A model generated the notes under the pieces. That model saw only the letters and a list, made by a program, of their open reading frames with translations, made no database searches and was not told the DNA's origin. This document shows positions 12,075-21,586 of a DNA stretch of 34,153 nucleotides, one piece after another. The first letter of the stretch is position 1. Every line of letters begins with the position of its first letter. The stretch lies in NCBI GenBank assembly GCA_964014485.1, contig CAXHAT010000081.1:1-34153 (forward strand), given 5' to 3'. Made by a program: the position numbers and the translations under genes. The stretch comes from an uncultured Deferribacteres bacterium. GTDB taxonomy: Bacteria; Zhuqueibacterota; Zhuqueibacteria; Zhuqueibacterales; Geothermadaptataceae.

Positions 12075-12103
12075 AAGATAACCGGGCGCCCCTACAAAAG
12101 CAA
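12075..12103 (-). promoter_or_regulatory. Putative sigma70 promoter for parAB
   Basis: Minus strand TTGCTT, 17-nt spacer, TATCTT, about 35 nt upstream of the parA ATG. Confidence 0.4.
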
Positions 12104-12398
12104 GTTGTTTCTCCCTGTCGAAATCACGTAAACAGTGCGTCTTTCCCAAGCCAAAAAAGACTCACCAATCATATAAAAAAAGACAATTAATGCACTCATT
12201 GGCGTAATTGACCAGCTTCCCAACCTCGCTTGGGTCTTGATCCGAAAGCGACCGCTATGATAACTTTGCCGAGGTTCGGAGTCCCGACAACGTCAAGGTT
12301 GGTCAGAAACTTAGTTAGAAACAAATTTCATTTGTCGCGCATAACGCACAAATTGAAATCAAAACTTCATCAACAAGTCAAACAGAGCCGAGTCCAAA

Positions 12399-14228
12399 AT
12401 GCGATACCCGAAGTCCGCAACTTTTGCATTCATTTTCACCGTTGCCGCAATGCATTCTCAAGCCCTAACGCAGAGCAAAATGAACTACGTTTTAAGCTGG
12501 AAGGAACCCAACTCTCATTATCTGCACATCGAAACCACAGTCGAAGCGCCGAAAACCGAGAGCATCGATTTTCGAATTCCCGCTTGGCGGCCCGGTCGTT
12601 ACGTCATTCAAAACTATTCCAAAAACGTCGTTGGCTTTCAGGCTTTCAACGAGGCCGGAGAACCGCTCGAGTTCCGAAAATCTGATAAAGACACATGGCG
12701 CGTGACCCTAAACGGCGCTGAAAAGATCATAACCCGCTACAAATACTACGCGCGGCAACTCGACGCCGGGTCGAGCTATCTCGACGACATAGAAGCTTAC
12801 ATTAACCCAATCACCTGCTTCATGTATATTCCCGGCAAGGAATCGCTCCCGGTTGAGCTAAAAATAGAAAAACCGGCGGATTGGCGCACCGCCACGGCAA
12901 TGCCTTTCGACGAAGCGACGCAAACTTTCACCAGCGAAGACTACCATGAGTTCGTCGACTCGCCTATTTTAACGAGCGCAACTTTTGATCTCCTGACTTT
13001 CAACCACAAGGGGACAAAATTCGACATTGCCATCCAGGGCGAAGGCAATTACGATGGCGAGAAAATCGTCGAGGACGTCAAAAAAATTGTCGTGGAGCAG
13101 GTTGCAATTATGAAAGACCTGCCGATGAAGTACTATCTTTTTATGTACCACATCGTGCCCTACCGCTTCGGCCACGGCGTCGAGCATAAGAACTCCACTT
13201 CTATTGTGCGAGGCCCGGGAGATTTTGACGACGAGCGTTTTTATGACGGCTTTTTAGGCGTGACTTCACACGAATTTTTTCACGTCTGGAACGTCGAACG
13301 CATTAGCCCGGCAGCGCTTTATCCGCCGGATTATTCCAAAGAGAATTACACTTCGATGATGTGGATCCACGAAGGCGTCACGAGTTACTACACCGGCTTG
13401 ACGCTCACGCGCTGCGGGCTTTTGGAAACGGAAAAACATCTCGAAAATCTGGCGCGCTCTATTCGCGGCTATGAAAATACTTATGGCCGAAAAGTGATGT
13501 CCACAGCGGAAGTCGGCTGGGAAAGCTGGAACAAAAGCATGGGCCAGGCGCCGCCCAACACCTACTATTCATTTTACACCAAGGGCTCTATCCTGGGCTT
13601 GCTGCTTGATCTTGAAATTCGCGGTATTACAAAAAACAAAAAATCACTGAATGACGTCATGCGCCATCTCAATGAAAATTACGCGCAGAAAGATCGCGGC
13701 ATGCCTGAGGACGGCATGTTACGGGCAATCAATCAAGTTACTGGCGGAGATTTCACATGGTTTTTTGATGCGCACGTAGACGGCGTTGAGGAAATTGATT
13801 ACAACCGTTTTTTAAAACACGCCGGGCTGGAATTGGTGCGGGAAGTTGACAAGAAATCCCCAAAAGTTTGGTTGGGCCTGAGCTTGCGAGGCGATGAAAA
13901 CCACGCCAGAATTTCAAACGTTGTACCGGAATCTCCGGCATTCGAGGCAGGCTTGGATAGAGACGATCTTCTCGTTGCCATCGACGGTCGCCGCGTTCAT
14001 GCGGAGAATCTCGACCAAACACTTAAAAAATATCAGCCGAGCGACCAAATCGAAGTGACCGTTTTTCGGCGCGAGCACTTAAAGCAATTCAAAGTCACGC
14101 TGGCTGAGGCAAAGCCTGACAAATTCAAGATTCAAAAGCTCGAAAAAACTTCAGGCAAGCAGGATAAATTGCGCAAGGATTGGTTGAACGAGCAAGAGCC
14201 TGAACCGGAAGACGAAGAAGGGAAGTGA
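12399..14228 (+). CDS. M61 family (glycyl) aminopeptidase with C-terminal PDZ domain, probably exported
   Basis: PAWRPGRY, GVEHKNS, SHEFFHVWNV (HExxH), WIHEGVTSYY, SFYTKG, and PDZ segment VVPESPAFEAGL...DLLVAIDG. N-terminus is signal-like. Confidence 0.92.
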   Translation: MRYPKSATFAFIFTVAAMHSQALTQSKMNYVLSWKEPNSHYLHIETTVEAPKTESIDFRIPAWRPGRYVIQNYSKNVVGFQAFNEAGEPLEFRKSDKDTWRVTLNGAEKIITRYKYYARQLDAGSSYLDDIEAYINPITCFMYIPGKESLPVELKIEKPADWRTATAMPFDEATQTFTSEDYHEFVDSPILTSATFDLLTFNHKGTKFDIAIQGEGNYDGEKIVEDVKKIVVEQVAIMKDLPMKYYLFMYHIVPYRFGHGVEHKNSTSIVRGPGDFDDERFYDGFLGVTSHEFFHVWNVERISPAALYPPDYSKENYTSMMWIHEGVTSYYTGLTLTRCGLLETEKHLENLARSIRGYENTYGRKVMSTAEVGWESWNKSMGQAPPNTYYSFYTKGSILGLLLDLEIRGITKNKKSLNDVMRHLNENYAQKDRGMPEDGMLRAINQVTGGDFTWFFDAHVDGVEEIDYNRFLKHAGLELVREVDKKSPKVWLGLSLRGDENHARISNVVPESPAFEAGLDRDDLLVAIDGRRVHAENLDQTLKKYQPSDQIEVTVFRREHLKQFKVTLAEAKPDKFKIQKLEKTSGKQDKLRKDWLNEQEPEPEDEEGK

Positions 14229-14264
14229 TTGGTAATAAGTGAGGAATAACGCAAGTCCCTTGCG

Positions 14265-14328
14265 TGTCATTCTGGAAGAATCTTTTTAGTCGCGTGCTTT
14301 CGAGTAAAAAGATTCCCACAGAATGATA
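14265..14328. repeat. Palindromic element between convergent genes (GTCATTC...GAATGA family C; possible bidirectional terminator)
   Basis: TGTCATTCTGGAAGAATCTTTTTA...TAAAAAGATTCCCACAGAATGATA inverted arms. Confidence 0.55.
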
Positions 14329-14399
14329 TGCGAGGAAGATCGTTTTTGGAATTGCCGACATCAACGCTATGTTAGCCGAAAGGAGCCCCGGCAAACCAG

Positions 14400-14990
14400 C
14401 TAATCTTCCACCTCAAAAATCACTTCAATCTCAACAGCCATGTTGCGCGGCAACGATCCCATGCCGACGGCTGCTCGCGCATGTTTACCGCGCGGGCCAA
14501 AAACTTCGACAATGAAATCCGAAAAGCCGTTCATTACCTGCGAATGTTGAGTGAAATCCGGCATTGCGTTCACCATACCGTGCACCTTGACCACGCGCTT
14601 GACTTTATTCAAATCGCCAATCGCCGCCTTCAGTGAGGAAAGAATGCTGATTCCCGTGTATTTTGCCGCTTCTTTTGCTTGCTCCAAATCCAGATCGCGG
14701 CCAACCTTGCCCGTAATCAAACCGCCGTCAGGTTTGCGCGGACCGTGACCGGCCATAAAAACCAAATTGCCCGTCCGCACGGCGCGAACAAAATTCGCAG
14801 TTGGCGGCTCCGGCGAGACGAGCGTAATTCCCATGTCCGCTAATCGCTTTTCAACATCAGCGCCCGCTTCCTGACCGTTTGCCTCGCTGACTGCGCCTTC
14901 CTGTGTTTGGCAGCTTAGAAACAGACCGGAAAAGACCAAACAAACAACCAAACCAAATCGCTTCTTGTCGAAACATTTTGAACTTAACAT
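14400..14990 (-). CDS. RidA/YjgF/UK114-family protein with putative lipoprotein signal peptide
   Basis: VRTGNLVFMAGHGP, VMNGFSD, GKHARAAVGMGSLP...VEIE; N-terminal KKR, hydrophobic stretch, then FLS-C. Confidence 0.88.
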   Translation of the reverse strand: MLSSKCFDKKRFGLVVCLVFSGLFLSCQTQEGAVSEANGQEAGADVEKRLADMGITLVSPEPPTANFVRAVRTGNLVFMAGHGPRKPDGGLITGKVGRDLDLEQAKEAAKYTGISILSSLKAAIGDLNKVKRVVKVHGMVNAMPDFTQHSQVMNGFSDFIVEVFGPRGKHARAAVGMGSLPRNMAVEIEVIFEVED

Positions 14991-15134
14991 TTCTTTTCGC
15001 TCGCATTTCGTTTGAAAATCCCTGCTAAAAATTGCTCAATACTAAAATCCTGACAACAGTTTGGCAAGTTGAATCATCCTTACTATTGAAATAAACAAGA
15101 GCCAAGCCGTCGCCCTAAACATTGCGAGCTTCAA

Positions 15135-16031
15135 ATGTCCGTCTCGTCTTATCAATTCATCGACCCCAAAACGCTGGCTGCGATTCGCGATTTGCAATTG
15201 ATCGCCAAGCGCGTCGCCGAGGGCGTTATGCTGGGAATGCACCATAGCCCAAAGCCGGGCGCGGGGCTGGAATTCAGCCAATATCGCAGCTACCAGCCAG
15301 GCGACGATCCGCAGCACATCGACTGGAAAATGTTCGCCCGCTCCGACCGCTACTACGTTCGCGAATCCGAAATCGAATCGAGCATTGGCGTTCATTTCAT
15401 TCTCGACGCCAGCGCATCGATGCTGCACCAGGACGACGGGCTTTCAAAGTTCGACTACGCGAGATTTCTGCTCGCATCCCTGGGCTACCTCGCTTTTAAT
15501 CAAGGCGACGCCATCGGGCTGACCGCAATTGACGGGACGGAATCGCACAACTTGCCCCTGCGGCACACCACGCAGCATTTACATCGCTTCCTGCATCATC
15601 TGGAAAAAATCCGTCCTTCCGGGAAATGGCCGGAATGGCGTTCCCTAGAACCGCGTCTCGGTTTGAACGGCCGCAACCGCTCGATGATCATTTTCGTCAG
15701 CGACATGCACGAAGTCGATGGAGAAATCCGCGAATCGCTTGCAAAGCTCGCCGCCATGCGAAATGAGGTGATGCTTTTTCAAATTATCGCGCAAAATGAG
15801 TTGGAATTTTCCTGGCGAGGCGTGGTGGATTTTGAAGATTTGGAGACAGGGCAAGCAATGCAGGTCAACGCCGATGAGATGCGCACGTCTTACAAAAAGA
15901 ACCTCACCGCACACCTGCAAACGTTGCGAAAAGAACTCCACGATTTACACATTTTCTACGAAGCGCTCTCAACCGCCAAACCCCTGGACGGCGCCCTGCG
16001 AGAATTTTTAAAGCGGCGGTCTCAGTTGTAG
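15135..16031 (+). CDS. DUF58 domain (vWA-like) protein
   Basis: GMHHSPKPGAGLEFSQYRSYQPGDDPQHIDWK, ILDASASM MIDAS-like motif, FVSD. Confidence 0.92.
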   Translation: MSVSSYQFIDPKTLAAIRDLQLIAKRVAEGVMLGMHHSPKPGAGLEFSQYRSYQPGDDPQHIDWKMFARSDRYYVRESEIESSIGVHFILDASASMLHQDDGLSKFDYARFLLASLGYLAFNQGDAIGLTAIDGTESHNLPLRHTTQHLHRFLHHLEKIRPSGKWPEWRSLEPRLGLNGRNRSMIIFVSDMHEVDGEIRESLAKLAAMRNEVMLFQIIAQNELEFSWRGVVDFEDLETGQAMQVNADEMRTSYKKNLTAHLQTLRKELHDLHIFYEALSTAKPLDGALREFLKRRSQL

Positions 16032-18367
16032 TCCTTCAAAATTTCTCCGAGCTCATCAACCACTTGATCGGCGTTTTGCTTCGAGAATGTCATCGGCGGT
16101 TTGATTTTGATGACATTGTGCAGCGGGCCGTCCGTACTCAGAAGAATGCCGCGTTCCTTCATTTGCTCCACAATTTCGGACGCTTCTTTAGCGGCGGGCG
16201 TGAGCGAATTCGATTCGTCGGACGGACGGATGAATTCGACGCCGAGGAACAATCCCTGACCGCGCACGTCGCCGACAATTTGATGCTTGTTTTTCAAGCT
16301 TTGGAGGCGTTCCAATAAATAACCGCCAACTTCGAGCGCATTTTGCTGCAATTGGTCGTGCTCAATAGCGTCCAAGACCGCCAGACCGACGGCGCAGGAC
16401 ACGGGGTTGCCGCCAAAGGTGTTGAAATACTCCATGCCGTTGTTGAATGCCGCCGCGATTTCCGGCGTTGTCACCACCGCCGCCAGCGGATGTCCGTTGC
16501 CAATCGGCTTGCCCAACGTCACAATATCCGGGACGACGTCTTGCATTTCAAAGGCCCAGAAGTGCGATCCCGCACGCCCAAAACCGACCTGCACTTCGTC
16601 CGCGATGCAAACGCCGCCTTCTGCGCGAACGTGCTTGAACGCCTGCCCCAAATAATTCTCCGGCAAAATGATTTGCCCGCCGCACCCGAGCATAGATTCG
16701 CAAATAAACGCCGCCGGAGCGTGTCCGTTTTCTTTCAATTTGTCGATAATTTCCGCAACGTGCTGTGCGTATTTTTTGCTCGCGTTTTCATTGGATTTTT
16801 TATAGGGCCCGCGAAAAACGTCCGGCATAATTGCTTTGTGAACATGCGTCTTCTGATCGAATCCGCCCGGGCCTTCATACTTGTAAGGGCTAATTTCAAT
16901 CAACGCCGCAGTATTGCCGTGATAAGCCCCGTCGACTGTGATGAGATCACGATTTCCCGTATACGTTCGAGCCAAGCGCAGAGCCAATTCATTCGCTTCG
17001 CTGCCGGAGCAGACGAAAAAGCAAACGCTGAGCGGCTCCGGCAAGGTTGCCGCCAAGCGATCAGCAAAATCGATAATATTGTCATGCAAATAGCGCGAGT
17101 TCGTGTTTAAAATCGCCATTTGCTCAGAAGCGGCGCGAACGACGCGCGGATGGCCGTGCCCGACATGGCTGACATTATTGACGCAATCGAGATAAGTTTC
17201 GCCGCGATCATCAAAAAGATACTGCATCGCCCCGCGAACGATTTTGAGCGGCTTTTGATAGGAAATGCTCAAAGACGGCCCGAGGTTTTTCCGCCTGCGA
17301 TGCAAAATTTCATCGGAATTTGATTTTTGGGGAAACGGCTCAAGGCCGCAGGCTCGACGAAACGAGCTAATCGCCTGCTCTGGATTTATAGTGATCAATC
17401 TTTCCAGCGCATCCCAGGCGGGCTTTTCGCTGATTTGTATGTATGCGTTATCCGGCTCCAACTTGCTGCGCCGCGCCGAATTCAAGACGCTGACGCAAAG
17501 CCGCGCGCACATCGAATAAAAAAGAACTTCGATTTCATCTTCATTGAGCGGAAACTCGGCGTGAAATCCTTTCGCGACAGCGCTCGCGGTTTCAATTGGA
17601 TCGCTTTTATCCAGAATTGCATAAGCGCAAACCACCGCGAGTTCGAAAATTGTGTTTGAGAAAACCAAATCGCCGAAATCAATCACTGCATCGGCAATGA
17701 CGGTTTCATTTGAGTTTTTTCTTGTGAGAACATTGTAATCGTTGCCGTCGTTGTGGATGACGCTGCGACGAAGATCGCCAAGCCGAGGGAGGACGGCGTT
17801 TTCGAATTGCAAAAGAAAATACTCGACCAGCGTTCTTCGGCGCGGCGGATAAATGTCATTAACGAAGCGTCGAGCATCGAGCGCATAAACCAAGTCCCAT
17901 GCAAAGCGACGCATGGCTCCCGGATGCTCAAAATCAGACAGGGCTTTGGTCATGCCGCCGAACAGTGCGCCGAGGCTTTTGAGAAACGGCAGGTTTTGAT
18001 CCTGTACATCCGCCCACATCCCGCCTTCGATCCACGAAACCAACCAGACTAAATATTGCTGATCATTCCGCCCAACAACACGTTCAATCGCTAAATTGTT
18101 AGTCGATCTGTGAGGCGCGGGAAATCTGACGCTGTCAGAATCGTTTTTGTTCTGGAGATGGTCTAAAATCGCGACCTGCGCTTCTAGCTCAAGCCTGGGC
18201 GTATCGGAGTTGGCGATTTTGAAAACGAAAGAGCCGTTTGAAGATTGCACAAAAAAATTCTGATCACAGTAACTCACGAGCGGTTTCATAACGCTCGGTT
18301 TGATATTGAAAAGTTCAAGTAAAAAGCGAGAAGCCTGACGTTCAGAAAAACTTGGCGATGGAGTCAT
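16022..18367 (-). CDS. Fused APH/choline-kinase-like phosphotransferase and class-III PLP aminotransferase (hydroxylysine kinase / phospho-lyase-like)
   Basis: N-terminal HNDGNDYN and IDFGD kinase motifs; C-terminal [39 protein letters not shown] (PLP Lys), FNTFGGNP. Start is probably ATG 18367; alternative is TTG 18397. Confidence 0.88.
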   Translation of the reverse strand: MTPSPSFSERQASRFLLELFNIKPSVMKPLVSYCDQNFFVQSSNGSFVFKIANSDTPRLELEAQVAILDHLQNKNDSDSVRFPAPHRSTNNLAIERVVGRNDQQYLVWLVSWIEGGMWADVQDQNLPFLKSLGALFGGMTKALSDFEHPGAMRRFAWDLVYALDARRFVNDIYPPRRRTLVEYFLLQFENAVLPRLGDLRRSVIHNDGNDYNVLTRKNSNETVIADAVIDFGDLVFSNTIFELAVVCAYAILDKSDPIETASAVAKGFHAEFPLNEDEIEVLFYSMCARLCVSVLNSARRSKLEPDNAYIQISEKPAWDALERLITINPEQAISSFRRACGLEPFPQKSNSDEILHRRRKNLGPSLSISYQKPLKIVRGAMQYLFDDRGETYLDCVNNVSHVGHGHPRVVRAASEQMAILNTNSRYLHDNIIDFADRLAATLPEPLSVCFFVCSGSEANELALRLARTYTGNRDLITVDGAYHGNTAALIEISPYKYEGPGGFDQKTHVHKAIMPDVFRGPYKKSNENASKKYAQHVAEIIDKLKENGHAPAAFICESMLGCGGQIILPENYLGQAFKHVRAEGGVCIADEVQVGFGRAGSHFWAFEMQDVVPDIVTLGKPIGNGHPLAAVVTTPEIAAAFNNGMEYFNTFGGNPVSCAVGLAVLDAIEHDQLQQNALEVGGYLLERLQSLKNKHQIVGDVRGQGLFLGVEFIRPSDESNSLTPAAKEASEIVEQMKERGILLSTDGPLHNVIKIKPPMTFSKQNADQVVDELGEILKDYN

Positions 18368-18598
18368 TAGACCGTTCCACAAAAATTTCAATTCCAAGGG
18401 TTTTCGAAAGAATACAAAAAGCGCCGTTTCTTCAAACTAAAAGCGCTTTTAAAAGCAACGTTGATCAAAAAAATCGGCTGGCGTTTGATGATCCGACATT
18501 TCGCCCGTCAATCGGCGCATTTGAAATCATTTGTTTGACGGGATGCTTTTTCGACGATTTTGGCTTGTTTGCAATATACTTTCAAGCCTGATTTTGTT

Positions 18599-18682
18599 TT
18601 TCATTAGCTCCGGCTTTCAAGCCGGGTTTCGGTGAAACCATTCTCACCTTCTCCACGCCCTGAAGGAGACTGTTAATGAGAA
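18599..18682. repeat. Inverted pair of REP-like palindromes, family A
   Basis: TTTCATTAGCTCCGGCTTTCAAGCCGGG ... CCACGCCCTGAAGGAGACTGTTAATGAGAA; the ends are inverted with respect to each other and match 107..136. Confidence 0.55.
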
Positions 18683-18791
18683 AAGGAAATTGTCTGTATT
18701 TCCAAATCTCGTGTGCGGAATGTCTGGTTGATAAGAAGACTTCGTTTGTTATTCTCGTCTTAGCTTGGGCTATTCATAAATGTCATGCCCG

Positions 18792-18812
18792 TTCCCGCCT
18801 GCGCGAAGATAA
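18792..18812. repeat. Partial REP-like repeat, family C
   Basis: TTCCCGCCTGCGCG is the reverse-complement arm of GTCATTCCCGCGCAGGCG seen at 34032 and 23416. Confidence 0.4.
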
Positions 18813-18850
18813 AGCAATTTAATTTTTGAAGTTTTGCCGATAACAAAAAG

Positions 18851-18880
18851 TTGACAAATTAGAAATCGATTTCTATTTTG
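18851..18880 (+). promoter_or_regulatory. Sigma70 promoter with overlapping palindromic operator; probably leaderless transcript
   Basis: TTGACA (18851-18856), 17 nt, TATTTT (18874-18879). Perfect 16-bp palindrome TAGAAATCGATTTCTA at 18860-18875. ATG at 18885 with no SD sequence. Confidence 0.65.
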
Positions 18881-18884
18881 GAAA

Positions 18885-20057
18885 ATGATTCGACGTGTAA
18901 TATCTGAATGTATTCGCAGCCGATTGAGAAATTTCCCTGCGGCGGCTCTTTTGGGACCACGACAAGTCGGCAAAACGACATTGGCCAAATCATTGTCAAC
19001 GACCTACTACGATCTCGAGTTGGAAGAAGACAAAGTGCGACTCGATTTACAATGGCCCGAACTCGTAGAAACCGACCGATTGGTCATTCTCGATGAAGCG
19101 CAAAATTTTCCGGAAATCTTTCCAAGAATAAGAAGCGCCGTGGATGAGAGCAGAACCCGGAACGGGCGATTTCTAATTTTAGGCTCCGTTTCGCCGGAAT
19201 TGATGCATCAAGTCTCTGAAATTTTGACCGGCAGGATTGCAATATGTGAGCTCGCCCCGTTTTCAATTCAAGAAGTGAGCGATGTACCGGAAAACCAGAT
19301 GTGGTTACACGGCGGCTATCCGGACGGCGGCCCGTTGAAGAAAAGCGGATTTCCGATTTGGCAGCAAAACTACCTGGATTTACTTGCAATGCGGGATCTT
19401 CCGTTGTGGGGTTTACCCGCAAAACCGCATGTCACGAAACGGTTTTTCAAGATGGTCGCCGCCATTCACGGCCAGGTATGGAATGCCAGTCAAATGGGCA
19501 AGAGTTTGGGCGTCAGTTACCACACGGCAAATTCATATCTTGACTATCTGCAGCGCGCTTATTTGATTCGCACCACGCCCCCGTTTTACGCCAATATCAA
19601 AAAGCGACTTATCAAAAGTCCCAAAGTTTATTGGCGAGACTCAGGACTCTTACATAGCCTGCTCAATGTGCGAGGCATAAACGACTTACTAACTCAACCG
19701 TGGGTCGGTTTTAGTTGGGAAGGCTGGGTCATAGAGCAAATCATCATTTTTTTGAACAACCGCGACATTCAGTTCGATGGTCCGTATTTTCTCCGCACAA
19801 AGGACGGCGAAGAGCTGGATTTGGTTTTGATTATTTCAGGCGAACTCTGGGGCATTGAGATTAAATTAACAACCAACCCATCCGCACAAAGTCTGGAGAA
19901 GTTGAAAAAGACCGGCCAACTCATTGATGCGACTAAATTGGCGCTTATTTCGAGAACGAAAAAAACTGTCGCCGGGAACAACGTCTTCTCCACTAATTTG
20001 ACTGGTTTTATAGACCTTATTTTAGAAAAACACACCAACAGTTTTGGGGAACAATGA
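18885..20057 (+). CDS. AAA_14 ATPase with winged HTH and DUF4143 (PD-(D/E)xK-like) C-terminus
   Basis: GPRQVGKTT Walker A, ILDEAQ Walker B, FLILGS, GGYP, KRLIKSPKVYWRDSGL, RTKDGEELDLV...IEIK. Confidence 0.9.
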   Translation: MIRRVISECIRSRLRNFPAAALLGPRQVGKTTLAKSLSTTYYDLELEEDKVRLDLQWPELVETDRLVILDEAQNFPEIFPRIRSAVDESRTRNGRFLILGSVSPELMHQVSEILTGRIAICELAPFSIQEVSDVPENQMWLHGGYPDGGPLKKSGFPIWQQNYLDLLAMRDLPLWGLPAKPHVTKRFFKMVAAIHGQVWNASQMGKSLGVSYHTANSYLDYLQRAYLIRTTPPFYANIKKRLIKSPKVYWRDSGLLHSLLNVRGINDLLTQPWVGFSWEGWVIEQIIIFLNNRDIQFDGPYFLRTKDGEELDLVLIISGELWGIEIKLTTNPSAQSLEKLKKTGQLIDATKLALISRTKKTVAGNNVFSTNLTGFIDLILEKHTNSFGEQ

Positions 20058-20248
20058 ACAAAATCCGGGCTTGGAACTGTTGTTTAACAGAGCAAATTGG
20101 CCGCGGAGATTGATGAAGACCGCTTGGTTGTGAGAGGCTTGCAGGGATCATTGTATAAGAGCAGATTGTTCTGTTTGATTTTAAATAATGTTTTGACCGA
20201 AAACCTGGGGTGCTGAGATGAAATCTATAACCACTGAAAGGAGAAAAA

Positions 20249-20752
20249 ATGCCAAGCAAAAGAATGGAAGACGCGCTCAACGAGCAAATAAAACATGAAT
20301 TCGCCTCAGCGTGGGCGTATCTGGCGATGTCCGCTTATTTTGATGCAGAAAATTTGGGCGGCTTTGCGCAATGGATGCGTCAGCAGTCGCGCGAGGAAGT
20401 GATGCACGCCATGAAGATCGTCGATTTTCTGCAAGATCGCGAAGGGCGCGTTGTACTGCAAGCTATTGGTCAGCCGCAAATCGAATTTGCGTCGCCGTTG
20501 GACGTTTTTGAACATGCTCTGGCGCATGAGAAAAAAATTTCCGGGACGATCAACGATCTCTACGAAATTGCTTTGGAAGAAAAAGATTATCCAACGCAGG
20601 TGATGCTGCAATGGTTTATCGAAGAGCAGGTCGAAGAAGAAAAAACGGCCAGCGACATTGTCGAGCAGATCAAAATGATCGGCGACGATTCTTCGGCGTT
20701 GTTGTTAATGGATCAACGCATGGCGCAGCGTCAGCCGGAAGACGGCGAGTAA
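20249..20752 (+). CDS. ftnA: Non-haem ferritin
   Basis: ALNEQIKHEFASAWAYLAMS, EEVMHAMK, HEKKIS, LQWFIEEQVEEE ferroxidase residues; GAAAGGAG RBS. Confidence 0.95.
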   Translation: MPSKRMEDALNEQIKHEFASAWAYLAMSAYFDAENLGGFAQWMRQQSREEVMHAMKIVDFLQDREGRVVLQAIGQPQIEFASPLDVFEHALAHEKKISGTINDLYEIALEEKDYPTQVMLQWFIEEQVEEEKTASDIVEQIKMIGDDSSALLLMDQRMAQRQPEDGE

Positions 20753-20756
20753 ACCA

Positions 20757-21464
20757 ATGCAGCAAGCGATTTACGTGGATGGGCGATTTTGCGGCCCGCC
20801 GGATTCCGGCAACGGGGGTTACACCTGCGGCTTGGCGGCCAAATCGCTCGGCGGTTGCGTCGAAGTCAGACTGAGAAAACCGATTCCTTTGAATCAAAAT
20901 CTGACTATTTCGGCGAATGAGTCAGGGAGGGAAGTAAACGTCTCAAGCGGCAATGCCCTCATCATGTCAGCCAGTCGTTCAAGCTTGGAGTTAGACGTTC
21001 CGCCGCCGCCGTCCGTGGAAGAAACAATTCCCGCTTCACAAAACTACGCCGGATTCGAATCGCATATTTTCCCGACCTGCTTTGTCTGCGGCCCCGAGCG
21101 GAAAGCCAACGACGGTCTGCGCATTTTCGCCGGTCCAACCAAAGATCAACGTCTCGTTGCGGCTCTTTGGGCTCCGCATGATTCTTTGAGCAACTCCGAC
21201 GGAAAAGTGCGTTCGGAATTCGTTTGGGCGGCGCTGGATTGTCCAGGCGCTTTTGCCTTTGCCCAAAACGGCATGGTTCCGGCAGTGCTCGGCACGATGA
21301 CAGCCAAGTTAAATCAATCGTTAGATTCCGGGAGAAATTATCGCGTTATTGGATGGGAAATTGGACGAGAAGAGCGCAAGCTTTATGCAGGGACGGCGAT
21401 TTTTTCTGAGAGCGGTGAACTATGCGCCGCTGCAAAAGCGATTTGGATTGCGATTAGCTCTTAA
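20757..21464 (+). CDS. Hotdog-fold (thioesterase-like) protein
   Basis: RFCGPPDSGNGGYTCG, FPTCFVCGP...GLRIF, WAALDCPG, GRE-RKLYAGTAIF motifs. Confidence 0.7.
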   Translation: MQQAIYVDGRFCGPPDSGNGGYTCGLAAKSLGGCVEVRLRKPIPLNQNLTISANESGREVNVSSGNALIMSASRSSLELDVPPPPSVEETIPASQNYAGFESHIFPTCFVCGPERKANDGLRIFAGPTKDQRLVAALWAPHDSLSNSDGKVRSEFVWAALDCPGAFAFAQNGMVPAVLGTMTAKLNQSLDSGRNYRVIGWEIGREERKLYAGTAIFSESGELCAAAKAIWIAISS

Positions 21465-21498
21465 TCGATTCCGGCAGTAACGGGGGTTGACGACTATT

Positions 21499-21581
21499 TG
21501 GAATAATGGAATGCTGGATTAGTGGATTGATGAAAAATCACTCCCACAATCCAGCGTTCCATTAATCCAACACTCCACAGC
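21499..21581. repeat. Inverted array of 8-nt TGGAnnnn / TCCAnnnn units, family B
   Basis: TGGAATAA TGGAATGC TGGATTAG TGGATTGA ... TCCAGCGT TCCATTAA TCCAACAC TCCACAGC, between convergent genes. Confidence 0.75.
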
Positions 21582-21586
21582 AGTGG

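Noticed and set aside
12116..12135. Possible parS site upstream of parA (GAAATCACGTAAACA)
   Set aside because: It needs several mismatches plus a deletion relative to TGTTTCACGTGAAACA, which is too degenerate.
12205..12310. Possible structured RNA or riboswitch between parA and the M61 gene
   Set aside because: Only short imperfect inverted segments are present (TGACCAGCTT/AAGGTTGGTCA, AACCTCG/CGAGGTT), with no recognisable riboswitch consensus. An Rfam/Infernal search would be needed.
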